Below, piece by piece: positions 13,290-24,379 of a DNA stretch of 64,000 nucleotides (position 1 is the first letter of the stretch; every line of letters begins with the position of its first letter). The stretch lies in assembly GCA_973895155.1 (NCBI GenBank), contig OZ316891.1, positions 16,643,651 through 16,707,650 on the forward strand. The letters are read 5' to 3'. Position numbers and translations under genes: made by a program. The notes under the pieces were generated by a model. It did no database searches and was not told the DNA's origin. It worked only from the letters and a program-made list of their open reading frames with translations. The DNA is from Marsupella aquatica. Its lineage: Eukaryota > Plantae > Marchantiophyta.

Positions 13290-13745
13290 ACTCATCTCTC
13301 AACAAGATAGATAAGTTATCAGTCATTTTCATCAGTCTACCTGATATCAACTGCCACCTCATCTCAGAGAGGCCGCCAAGTTGCAATGTGAGAAAAAAAA
13401 TGAAAAACAAATTTGAGGAAAAAAGTATTTTTGTTTGAAATTTTTTTTCCGCCATGGGGCGTCCGTACCGTACGGACACCTCATCTTGGCGAGGCCAGTT
13501 GAGATGGGAGAAATTTTTGGGGGATTTTTTTGGTTTATTATTTTTTGGTGGTTTTTTTTGGTCCGTATGCCCATCTCGACGAGGTCAGCCAAGATTGAGT
13601 CAACCTCAGTTGCCCAGCTGAGATGAGCGGAGGTTTGAAGGTCTCATCTCAACTCCTCAGTTGAGATTATGAAATGTTTGAGATAACTGATATTAGCCAC
13701 TGATATAAGTTATCAGTGGTTGATAACTGATGATGTTGTGTACCC
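13290..13745. repeat. foldback/MITE-like segment with nested inverted repeats
   Basis: Palindrome GTCCGTAC-C-GTACGGAC (13461-13477), imperfect IR 13480-13509 vs 13570-13600, hairpin CCACTGATA-5nt-TATCAGTGG near 13697-13719, and recurring GTTATCAG/CTGATA and CATCTC/GAGATG motifs. Confidence 0.5.
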
Positions 13746-14789
13746 CTCTCTCAACCCATCAAGAAGCTCTCTTTGTTGTTATCCTATCACTTGAATTCTT
13801 GTTTTCATTTGCTTTGTTTTCAACTTTCTTCATGTTGTATCGTTTCCCCTTAGCCGTTATGCCCAACTAACATTGTGATCAATTCTAGAACATGCTCACT
13901 CCATAGCCTTCTCTATAATGCAATTCTTTGATTCTTAGCTGATCATGCACATGTTATAGCCCTATCTTGAGCAATTACTTCTCCTGCACAATGGCCTCCT
14001 GAATGAATGCATGTCTACTGCCAATATCAATCCACATCAAATACTGGAGACACCAACTTCAAAAGAAACACGTTAAACCAACAACAATGCTCAATCGGTC
14101 ATCTTGCTCTTGAGAGATCCCACTCTTAGCTATCTGACGCTGAAGAGATGCAATTCCCTTGGACCATCCTCTTTCTCATTCTCCCTCTTTCTTGTTGACA
14201 ACAACATTTGGTTTACATCGCTCTATCCATTCTCATCCAAATCTCATCATCGAAAGCCGTCGACCAACGAAGGCAAAACAAAAACAATTCCCATGGGACC
14301 AGGGAAAAAAATTCATTGAATCAATCACACCAGCAATCTAACCAACGGTGAAGAACAACATCAAACATTCTTTCGAGGTGTCTATATGTTCATGCACTGC
14401 ACTTCCTGTTGTCCCTTTTGCTACAATCTTGGCTCAAAATGATGACAACGGTGATGGCTCAGTACGTCAATTTCCTTCCACATTGATTTCTCCTCCCACA
14501 ATACCACACCCAATGAACAACAATGCCCCTCCCCCTTCCACAAGTCCCAAAGTCATCTCTAACCTCTGCGCGCATGAACTGACCTTATGAAGTTTGAACC
14601 TTCAATTGCCATGTGTTGCTTCCAGGTAAATTGAAGGAAAAACTCTTAACCCTTCTTATCTTCCCTCCCTTCTTCTTTTGTCCTATTGGTGTTTCTTCTC
14701 CATTTTTAAATCCCTCACCAAACACAAACCACCATCAAGCATTTACAATTCAGAAATAAAGTATTCTTTTCCTCTCCTCCATTATCCGA

Positions 14790-15490
14790 CCCGACAACAA
14801 TGCCTGGACTGCCCCTGCACCTTCCCCGATTGTTGCGTTGCCGCCTTGCTACCTAACCTCCCTCTTACGCCCTCGCTACCTTCTCCTGGCTTGCCATTGC
14901 CTGCTGTGCTTGGACAGCCTCTGCACCTCCCTTGTGCCCTTGCTGCCTTGTCTTGGCTTGCCGTTGCCTCGCTGCGCCTAGACCGGGCGTGCACATCCCT
15001 CGAGCGCCTTGCCACGCCAAGGCTGCCCTTGTTGCCTCCCTCGTGATTGCCAGGGGCGCGCTGCCTCACCGCTACCTAGCCGCACCTGGACCTCCCTTGC
15101 ACCTTCCTTGTGCCCTCGCTGCCTCCCCCGTGGTTGCCAGAGGTGCGTTGCCTCACCGCTGACTGGCCATGCCTAGACCTCCCTTGCACCTTCCTTGCGC
15201 CCCTCGCTGCCTCCCCCTGGCTTGCCGCTGCTTGGCTGCGCCTGAACCGCCCGTGCACCTCCCCCAGGCACCCTACCATGCTGGGGCTGCCCTTATTGCC
15301 TCCCCCACAATTGCCAGGAGCGCGCTGCCTCCCTATGGCTTGCCATTGCCTGGCCCCGCTTGGACCGCCCCTACACCTCCCTTGTGTCCTTGTTGCCTCC
15401 CTCTTGATCGCCACATGTGCACTTGCCCTACCGCAACTACTCTCACTTGCCCTGCCACGGCCGCTTGCTTGCCGCCAAGCTTGCCTTGCT
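14790..15490. repeat. degenerate GC-rich tandem array (units about 60-110 bp)
   Basis: Recurring CCTGGAC(C)TCCCTTGCACCTTCCTTG(T/C)GCCCTCGCTGCCTCC motif. Similar pyrimidine-rich GCCTC motifs occur inside the copia LTR at 11030-11170. Confidence 0.75.
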
Positions 15491-15932
15491 TAGAGTATGG
15501 CGTTGGCCATGGTCGCTCCCCGGTCCAAGCACGCTTGCGTTAAGGGTCGTGGGGTGATTTTTATAGTAGCTGGCCTACTAGATGTTGCCACGTATACAAA
15601 TTTATATTTCATTATTTGTCATCGTATTTGGGGTGTATTTATATGCATGACACAAATACTTGAATACGGAGAAATCCCACAGTGGGGGATAAGACTTTAT
15701 TCATATGTAATGAAAAATTTACAATGACTCGACAAAGTCTAAAAAATGAATCCCCAGAAGGAGTTCTTGACAACAATTAGTTGTCTAAAGAATATAAGTC
15801 TATACTGGCAGCAATCCAGAGTCCGGTGTAATCTATAATATGTCGACTAAAACTATGTCAGACCTATCAATGCTAACTCAATGCCTCACAGGCTATTATG
15901 TGTGTCGTTTAATGTCTACAATGCCTCACATG

Positions 15933-18079
15933 CTAACATCTGACTAGTTTAATGACAGTCCAGAGGACGGTCCTCGTCCATCTCCACCTCCACCTCCTGA
16001 AGGCCCCGCTCCATGAGGACCAAAGTTCAGACTGAAACTGCAAACCATTCATAGTGCAATTTGTCAATGCTTTAATTTTTTCAAAGATAGTATTAATAAC
16101 TGGATTAACAATGGCCAAGTTTGGCAGCTTGGCAATGCCCTTAAATCTCGGGTCAGAACAACTTAAAGCATCCCAATCCATGGACTCAAAAAAACCATCC
16201 AAATCATTGTTTTGTTCCTCTTCAATGAAACTCGTAGGAACATCATCACCCAGTGTACTCAGGCCCTGTTCGCCAGTAGGTGCCACTAGCTCAACGCTCA
16301 CAGCTGTTGTGACAACTTCAATGGCAGCGACCTCCATCACTGGCTCAAATGTTTGCAGAACGAGAGTGGGCTCCAGTTCTATCACAAAAGGCAATGTCGA
16401 CTCTGCAGAATCGGCAGCTGCACTCATCAAGAAACATAAGTTTAGAAACAAGAGTTATATGAACCAAGCAAAACAGACCATAATGAAGTAACTTCTGTAT
16501 TACCTTCGGATGGCAGCACCTTGGCTGCATCCTTCAATTTCTTCGGCAATGGCTCATCCACCACAGATAAAGCAGGCCCAGATAGCTCTTCGCACTTCTC
16601 ACCTTCAATAAGTGCCCTCTTGCCCTTTGTTGCCTCCAAAATAACTGTCTCAGGGTAAGCAGTTCCATCTGTGGCACATCTGAGTGCAGCTCAAACTTTA
16701 GCCTCTGTGCTACGACTGTATCTCTCATACGCCCCCTCGCTTTTGTGCCCTGAGATTTTCATCCCAACCTTTGGTGGAATGCCCTCAGCTCCCATCCGAG
16801 AGATGCAAGTGGTCCGTACTGTTTTATTCGACACACCATCGGTACCGAGGCCAGCCTCCTGATGCAACACTTTCAGACAAGAGCCAAGAGTTTTCTCACC
16901 GAGTCTTGACGTTGAGTACCATGCATGCGTCCGCGGGTGGTCAATGCATTGGTAGAAAAGAAATGATGCACTTACTGGTAGATGGTGTATTAACATTCGC
17001 AATGTATTGACCACATCAAGGTCATAGTTAATCACAACAGGTCTGAAATGCTCCTCCTGATATCGATCCATACTCACTCTATAGTTCTTGCTAAGACGCT
17101 CGTCGTACTTAACAAAATCACCATGGACGTCAGTTGCAAATATAAAATCAGCCTTCATAAGATTATAGAGCTCCTTACCGCCACGGATACAAAACCGATT
17201 CAACAAAAAGAAAACTGCCCTCCTCTGTAGGCCTCGCAAGTGTGACACAGAGGTACTCAAATGAGCCAATATGATAGCCTCATCTGCAAAGGTAATGACA
17301 GAGGCTTTCTTCCTTGGCACATTAGCGCCTGCCTTCTTCGACCGCTCCATTGCTAGCACACAAGCGACAGCCACTGGCTTGAAGAGAGGAGAAGATCGCA
17401 TATTGAACACTTGCTCTTCCTTACCTGTCTCAACCACACGCCTCTCTTGTTTCTTCCTCAAAATACGGTGGAAGGCACGGTAAAGACCCATCAGGGTCTA
17501 TGAAGGATACAACTTACCGTCCTTCTTGCAAACCTGTTCAAAGAACTTCATCAAAAGCATTACACAGTCTCGACCAGCCATTTCCTCAAACGGAGTGGTA
17601 GTCTGCCACCCTTTGAACTCATGAAACTTACTTAGGCGGTTAGACGCCCTCTGATCAACAGCTGCACTTGGGTTACTCCCACCCTCGGCAAGGGTGCGCT
17701 GAAACTGTGCGTCTTCCGGCAGGAACTCGCATGAAGTTCCGTTCGGGAGATTGACTGTCAACTGTTGGGAGATGATGGAAAGTGCAATGACATCAGGGTC
17801 TCCATGTATATCTTGAATGTCAGAATCTAGACAAGATAGTGACTCAGCAGCACAAGAGCTCTCAGCGAATGGATCAGACACAGTTCCACTCGAGGCTACA
17901 GCAGTCGAAGTCATTACTGACATCCCCAAGCTAAACAATGGTGCAGTCTCTCTGGCGACGTCTGCTTCATCAACGACCATGTTGAAACACACGATCAGTT
18001 GGCTGAAATGAAGTCTCATTTCAGCTCTACAGTGACCGACTAGGCGCAGCAGGGAAGAAACAAACGAATGTAGAGACAA
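15933..18079 (-). pseudogene. DUF3504/Crypton tyrosine recombinase, 2 in-frame stops, 1 predicted intron
   Basis: ORFs 17498-18079, 16691-17491 and 16442-16639 share a frame (stops TAG 17498-17500, TGA 16691-16693). Catalytic set: R (FCIRGG), K (SKN), K-x-x-R (NKTVR), H (SGHKS), Y (YERY), with an upstream KKDGKLYP motif. A GT-AG intron at 16503-16418 joins in frame to ORF 15933-16451. Confidence 0.85.
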
Positions 18080-18639
18080 ACGGATTGTTACTCAATGACA
18101 TCGATCTGGAGTGCTTCGAACGCGGTACATCTTGATGGAGAAAGGATTCAACAATGCTGAATACTGCTAAACATTCAAAACAACCTTGGAAACTTTTTGG
18201 AGGCATAATCCAGCGCTTTATTGTTGCGTTGAATAGATGTTAGTGTAAAAACACTACAGACTAACCTACATCTGCAAACACAGCGGCAATGACTGTTAGC
18301 GAGAACATTCACCATTAACATCGATATCAGACAAGCAGACAACATCAATATCAGATAAGCAAAAGACATTAACGACAATGAGAACTAACAGACACAACTC
18401 TTAGGAGTGCAGCTCTAGAAACGCCTGAACTGGCTCGGAGCCAGTCTCCGCAGCCAATTGACGCCGCCTGAACAAGTATGGGGGGCAATGTTTGCTAGAC
18501 CATGATACAGATTACAACAAGCATTACAAGAACATGATACAGATTACAACGAGGATTACAGGTCATTAAAAATGCATGCATTGCCGTAAACACACTAACT
18601 GCACCACCAGCTTGGAATATCCGTAGCCTGTTAGTTGCG

Positions 18640-18855
18640 CCGGAGAAAAGCACTGCGAATGCCGCATGGACGAGAAATGGCAGCGCACGGCAGAGAGAGA
18701 CGCCCGAGAGAAGCACCGCAAATGTAGCATGGACAACAAATGGCAGCGCCAGAGAGAAACGCCCGAGAGAAGCACCGCGACTGTAGCACAAACGATAAAT
18801 GGCACCGCCAGTGAGAAATGCTTGAGAGAAGCACCACGAATGTTGCATGAACAAT
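18640..18855. repeat. about 60-bp tandem repeat x3.5 in the Crypton 5' region
   Basis: GAGAAGCACCGC..TGTAGCA..AAATGGCAGCGCCAG.GAGAAACGCCC unit repeated. Confidence 0.8.
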
Positions 18856-19396
18856 ACACAGGAAAAGCTCCAAAAGGGAAACGCTGTCACAACTCACGAC
18901 TACCGATGGGAAGAACTACAGGAGCGACTAAAAGGGTTCCCCCGGACTGGATCCCCGCAGCCTGACGGCCTCGCCAAAAAGTGGAGCGAGAAGTGACGCA
19001 TTGCCGTCACTCTCGTTCACTATATACTGGAAGCCACCAATACCTTGCTGAAATCTGAGCCGTCCAAAATCGCCTGCCCATTTGATCTTCCGTTAGGCAG
19101 ACCCTAAACCCTAATATCTTCAGCCGTTGGATGTTAAGATCAAAATGCCCCATCCAATCTACACTGTCAAAGTTTGAATGAGTGGCCGAGATTCATTTTG
19201 GCAGTGGCGCGCACAGGAGGCGCGGAGGAATGGACCCGCGCCTTTCAATCCGGGCCATCCAATCTTGTCCAGATGAAAGCGCGTCAATGAAATGCGCTTG
19301 ATCGACGGAGCAGGCCAGCCAGAGGACACGCGTTTCCATCTTGGTCGTCCAAATAGGATGCACAACCGCTTAACGTATATTTATGGTCCCCAATTA

Positions 19397-19481
19397 CTCC
19401 TTAATGGAGTATTGGGGCTTCCGTATGCCTCCCCGCTCCCGTGGCTCGGCATACGGTCGCCCCCAATACTCCATTAAGGAG
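19397..19481. repeat. 85-nt hairpin with perfect 21-bp stem
   Basis: CTCCTTAATGGAGTATTGGGG (19397-19417) is the exact reverse complement of 19461-19481. Inner stem CCGTATGCC (19421-19429) pairs with GGCATACGG (19448-19456). Confidence 0.9.
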
Positions 19482-19904
19482 GAAGGAGGGACCTTAAACA
19501 TATACGCTAAGGCAGCGGTAGCCCCAATCCATGTGCGCTTGGGGCCAGCTTGCGCTTGGGGCCGACTCTCCTTGCCCTTGCATCCCTCCACTGACATCCC
19601 CAGGGTGAGCGCTGCTGCCTTGCCGTGGGCCCTGTAGTGGCTGACTTTTCCAACGTCACCCTTGCCACGTAGTGATGGTTGCCCCCTTGCAAGCGCTTGG
19701 ATCCTACGGTGGCCATTGGTTGCCCTTCGCCACGTCCGGTCCCTTTGGCTACCGAGGTGAGCCCATTCTATGCCATGCCACAGCCAGTAATGACGCCCTT
19801 GCCTATGCCTCAACCAGTGTTAGCCCAGTACTCTACCGCATGGTTGGGCCAATCCGTCACTATCGCACTAACAACCTGGGCCTTAATTTTGGGTTAAAGA
19901 TCTT

Positions 19905-20090
19905 TGTGACGTCACCAGCATGGCTGGTAATCAGTAATATGGCTTAATCCGTATTTAGCACGTACGAAGTAGACATAGGAGTCCGTAGTTATTAGCATAA
20001 CAACACTAAATTAGTTAGACATGATGATTAGGCCAATAATGATGAGAGTTCACGTTCGGGCTGGCGGTGCGGCACTATCACTCATACTGG
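19905..20090 (+). repeat. LTR-like repeat start (copy 2)
   Basis: Starts TGTGACGTCACCAGCA and is an inverted homolog of 7815-7998. Confidence 0.75.
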
Positions 20091-22684
20091 TGTGACAACC
20101 TCAGCAAGGCTGACTTGAGCTATGGTCATCCTTGTCTCTCCTCCGCAAAGTTGAGCTGCAGTGCCGATCATCTTTGTCTCTCAGTCGGGTCTTTGTGGTG
20201 CCATTGCCTTGCTTTTCTTCTCTTCAATACGCTGCCATAGGGCTGAGTTCTACTAAGTAAGTAGGTTCCATCAGTAGTGATTTCCTTTCAATAATTGTCA
20301 AAGTTTGTCAATACTATGTTAAAATGCTAGCTCAACAATTGCCTACCTTTAATGTACAAAATGTGTTTGTAATTGCCAGTGTCCAATCTTAGAGTCATAA
20401 ACTTAAAATTTCCTCCAATTGCACAAATCATTGACTCCGGCCAACTGTATTGTTATTTTGTTCTTCATGAGAAGTCATGGCTCGTCCAAAATTGTCAGCA
20501 CACAGAGGCGAATCACAGGTGAGACACAAATATACAAGTAGACACTGTCACTATTCCAATGCACAGATTCATGAGAAGGCCACTAATGTCCGCATCATTT
20601 ATTAACCTATTCATTAAAAACATATTTTCTTTGGTTCACAAATCAATCCTGAAATGTACACTTTCATGACCCAAAATATACACTTTTTGGTCCCTAAATG
20701 TACACTTTATAAGCCAAATCATATTAATATTATTGGACAAAGACATAACTCGGATAAATAGATTATAAAATAATATACAATTTATTTTCTCCAAACTGAC
20801 AATGAATATGAATTCTTTGTTACTATCTAAGGGACTTAACATGAGTCAAATCTCTAAATTAAGTGTTCTTTACAATGTATATTAGAACAAGTGCCCCTCG
20901 TTCCTTACTATCTACCATACTGTCACGGTTGCAAATCCCTTTATGTTTAGGGAGCTAAAACTTGGTGGTGTTATTCCTAATGAGTATAGTCTCTCGCAAA
21001 ATGTGTCTGAGATTTTCTCTTTACGGATCTAAATAGTCTTGTTCTTCAAATGATTTAGCAAATGAGGTGACAAGTGCATCATCAAATTTGTTCTACAAAT
21101 GATAGCAAGTGAGATGACAAATGCATCATCAAATTCTAAACGTGAATTTAGGGCATAAAACTCACTTCACTCTTTTAGTTAATTAACACCTTGAATAATA
21201 TGAATTTAGGGCGTACACAATGCAGGGCTCCAATATATTTCCGTATAGCCTAATTTGTGTACACAATGCAGGGCTGCAATAGATTTACATATGGCCCAAT
21301 TAACGAATCCTCTTTTAAAAACGTGCTGGATCAGCTGAATGTCACTCACTCCAAAGTTATGGCAATATTGACAATAGTCCTTGAGCAAAGATTGCTTGAT
21401 CCGTAAATACAGTTCAGTTGGACTTATTGCCACATGGGCAATTGACGCATCAGGCCTATTTCCTGGTTCCCACCTGAAACCCAATACCTCTTCCCGGACT
21501 AATATGCGTAGTCCCGGAGAGAACCACAAGATAAACAAAGTACCTGTGAGAGGCCCGCAACAAGTGAAGGTAACTCCTGATATGATAATATCCATGAAAG
21601 TCAATCACCTGTAAGGGCTTGAGCCTCAGAGGAGGACGTTGCATGAATTCCACATTGCAGTATGGGAAGGGACAGCACCGTTGGAACTGAGCTTCTCAAA
21701 AAAGAATTTCAAATGTTTGGTTACCAAACATGACTCTAACTCAATCCACAGTGTAAGACAATGTCTGCAAACACACTATGAGATGCATGCATCATACTAC
21801 CGTTAGTTCAGTGGTACAACATCGATATTTATGCAAGTGAATTTCCATGCTAGTTTCTTTATAAAAAAATTAATAGCTGTAGTCATCGCTATATACTTAC
21901 TAGTAAAACAGCAGAGTGGAGTGACTTAACCTTCCACAGAACAGCCTCTCTAGAGTCTTCCGTTCAATGAGAATGCATGTATCTGAACTGTATAATACTC
22001 ATGCAACATTTTGCTTGCCGTATCACAACATGATCAAATAAAGACGCTGCGGTGAATGCACTTGGATAAGCTTATTTGGAACTAACAGATTTACAGACTT
22101 GGTCCAGTGGAGTTAAGCACCAACCACTCAGAGTCACAAAAATGTCACCTCAAATGAAGATGATGTTGGCCTGCCACATAGTCTTTCGCCTCTCCAACAT
22201 GTACAACTCGTGAGCTTTAGCTACGGTATGCCATTAGCCGGCCTATATGCCTTGATGCCGTCACATTCTCACAGATGGAGTCTGTAGTCGAAGAGAGTTG
22301 GGATGGATACGTGAGCCTTGGCGCACATTTGCGGTCCTGGAAAAATTCTCCTTCTAAATCTTTGCAAACTCCACTGCGACAACATCATCATCGGTATTGG
22401 GCAGTACCAACAAACTTGAAAACTTTTTGGGCATGAATCTCTTTTACTTGGTGAGAGTGAGAAAGTCACTCCATTCTTGTGGTTTTTCTTCTTTCGAGTA
22501 CAAAAGGTATCCTCTCTACAGGGATGGCATCTATGCAATGCTACCTTCGAGGCCTAGTCCGCCTTCCTCCTGAGCTCCTGCTCTGAATATTTATTCCTGA
22601 CTATGTATGCTCAGAGAAGATCTCTGAGGAAATTTTATTGCAGTTACCCCTACCCTTAACGTGGTACATCTGGAAAGACCTGCT

Positions 22685-24379
22685 TCAGACTAGCTCCCAG
22701 TCGTTCAAGCTGTCACTGCTGGGTGTCCTTTCCATACCGTCACAACTCTGCAATGATGCACTGGACATCGATTTTCCTAATCTCATCGCCCTGTATTCTT
22801 CACTCACGAACCAGTGTGCGTACTGGTCATCCGCTCCTTCTGGTAAACTTCGCTGCAGATATTGCTCACTGACCTGCAGTAACGAATAGACAGACTCAAC
22901 ACCCTGATAAGAAAACCAAGTTTCACTCCCATGGCAAATTTTCAGATTGACTTCTGAAAATTTGCCAGAAGTCACATGGACTTCTCCCTTTGGAAAAATT
23001 AGGCAGGCGGTGTGAACGAGATTATTCAGAAAATGCAAACAACATAGGACAGAAATTACAGAGGAAACCTACAAGCGTACTATACATCCACTAATTGACG
23101 CAATTCTTGCCAATAGTCTAAACGTTACATCAAGTCGCTTACGGTTGGGGTTAAGGGCACCGCAGAGTAATCGAGAATAGCAGGTTCCGTAGCTTCCACT
23201 TCCAGCGATGGTAGACCTTCTCGGATGACCTCTTGGTCATGTTGAACTTCAGCAATGTGGTCTAGGTTAACGTCCTCTATTGCAGAACCGGATATTGATG
23301 CTGTTTCGAAAGTGGTCAGGTTAGGATCAAAAAAGAAAACAAAAAAGTAGACACTGGCATCTGCAATGGCAAATATGACGGTGACTGGTACTGGCAAAAC
23401 CTAATGAGATCACTACAAATTGGCAGAGACTACATCCTTGGAAAGATGTAAACTTTTTCCATTTCTTTGTGAGCATTGCAACAGCCACTTCAATAAATTC
23501 CAACAGCTAGACCAACCTACTATTTAGGAAAATAATATACATAATTCTTCAAATTGTTCAGTCGACATGCATATTGAGCAAGCCAGACAGAGAATTTTGA
23601 AGCCAATTGTCTACGACCCTACATCAGATTATTTAAAAATGATTAGAAAGCAAACATACCTTCAGGATGGAAGACAGGGGCATTGATCAGCTTTGCTAGT
23701 TTTGCTGCCTTTATCGTTTTGTCTGCCCCCCTCAGCAAACCATTGCTCTGCCCTAACTCTGCTTCACCTTGTGACCCCTCAAGTTTTTGAGGAGTATCCG
23801 GCAGAAGCATTTCCTTCACAAACTCTGCACAAAACTTCCGCATGTTCGTACCTACCGTAGTCATTTGCTTCTCGAAGTAGGCACTAGTTTCCTGGAGACA
23901 TTACATCCAAGTCAGAAGTGCCAAAAGAACGCTACCTGGATGCCTGCACTTCTCTTCACTTAACGGAATTGATGACGATAGATGAACTTTTGACTTAAGA
24001 GTCTCTAAACAACTTTTCATAAAACGATTTCGGAGAATTTGCACGTGTCAAGATAATTGATCATACATACGAAAATATGTTATTTAGGGAATATGTCCTG
24101 AATCCACAAGAAATTAGCACAATATGTGGCCCATATCTTGTAGCAAAATATATACTCTTTACTGCAATTAGTCCATGAATTTTGCCAGACATGCTGTCAA
24201 AAACTAAAATGACTGCAATGTTTATGAAACTGGCAAAAACGCAAAAAGGCTCATACCTGCACAAGGTGATTGGGATTTCTAGCTGTCTCAGTCTCACAAA
24301 AAGCCTCCAGCTTTTGCTGCATGCGGTCCATCCACGACGGCTCCTTCGCAGGACCCTGCCGCTCATTTTGCGGAATCAT
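22685..24379 (-). CDS. ATI3-like protein (At1g17780/At2g31130-type family) with C-terminal ATG8-interacting motif, about 233 aa
   Basis: Four GT-AG exons in consistent phase: 24379-24257, 23891-23660, 23300-23143, 22873-22685. The N-terminus SWMDRMQQKLEAFC..QETSAYFEKQMTTVGTNMRKFCAEFVKEMLLP resembles this family as I recall it. The protein ends SDSLNDWELV*. Confidence 0.75.

Larger units (their letters stand above)
15590..19379 (-). mobile_element. Crypton-type (DUF3504 tyrosine recombinase) DNA transposon
   Basis: Tyrosine-recombinase gene with no RT or gag nearby. Terminal direct repeat ACGTATA (15590-15596, 19373-19379) and imperfect subterminal IR TGTCATCGTATTTGG (15617-15631) vs CCAAATAGGATGCACA (19349-19364). 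Boundaries are inferred. Confidence 0.75.

Noticed and set aside
14678-15543. Several overlapping Pro/Leu/Ala-rich ORFs
   Set aside because: Artefacts of the GC-rich tandem array.
15496-19386. Alternative Crypton ends: TATGG direct repeats (15496, 19382) or TTAA within CGTTAAG/CTTAACG (15538, 19369)
   Set aside because: These are short and likely by chance. The ACGTATA pair fits the composition shift and the subterminal IR better, but only copy alignment can settle it.
22556-22578. Partial miR390-like sequence (CCTCCTGAGCT)
   Set aside because: Only 11 nt match, with no precursor hairpin or TAS3-like second site.
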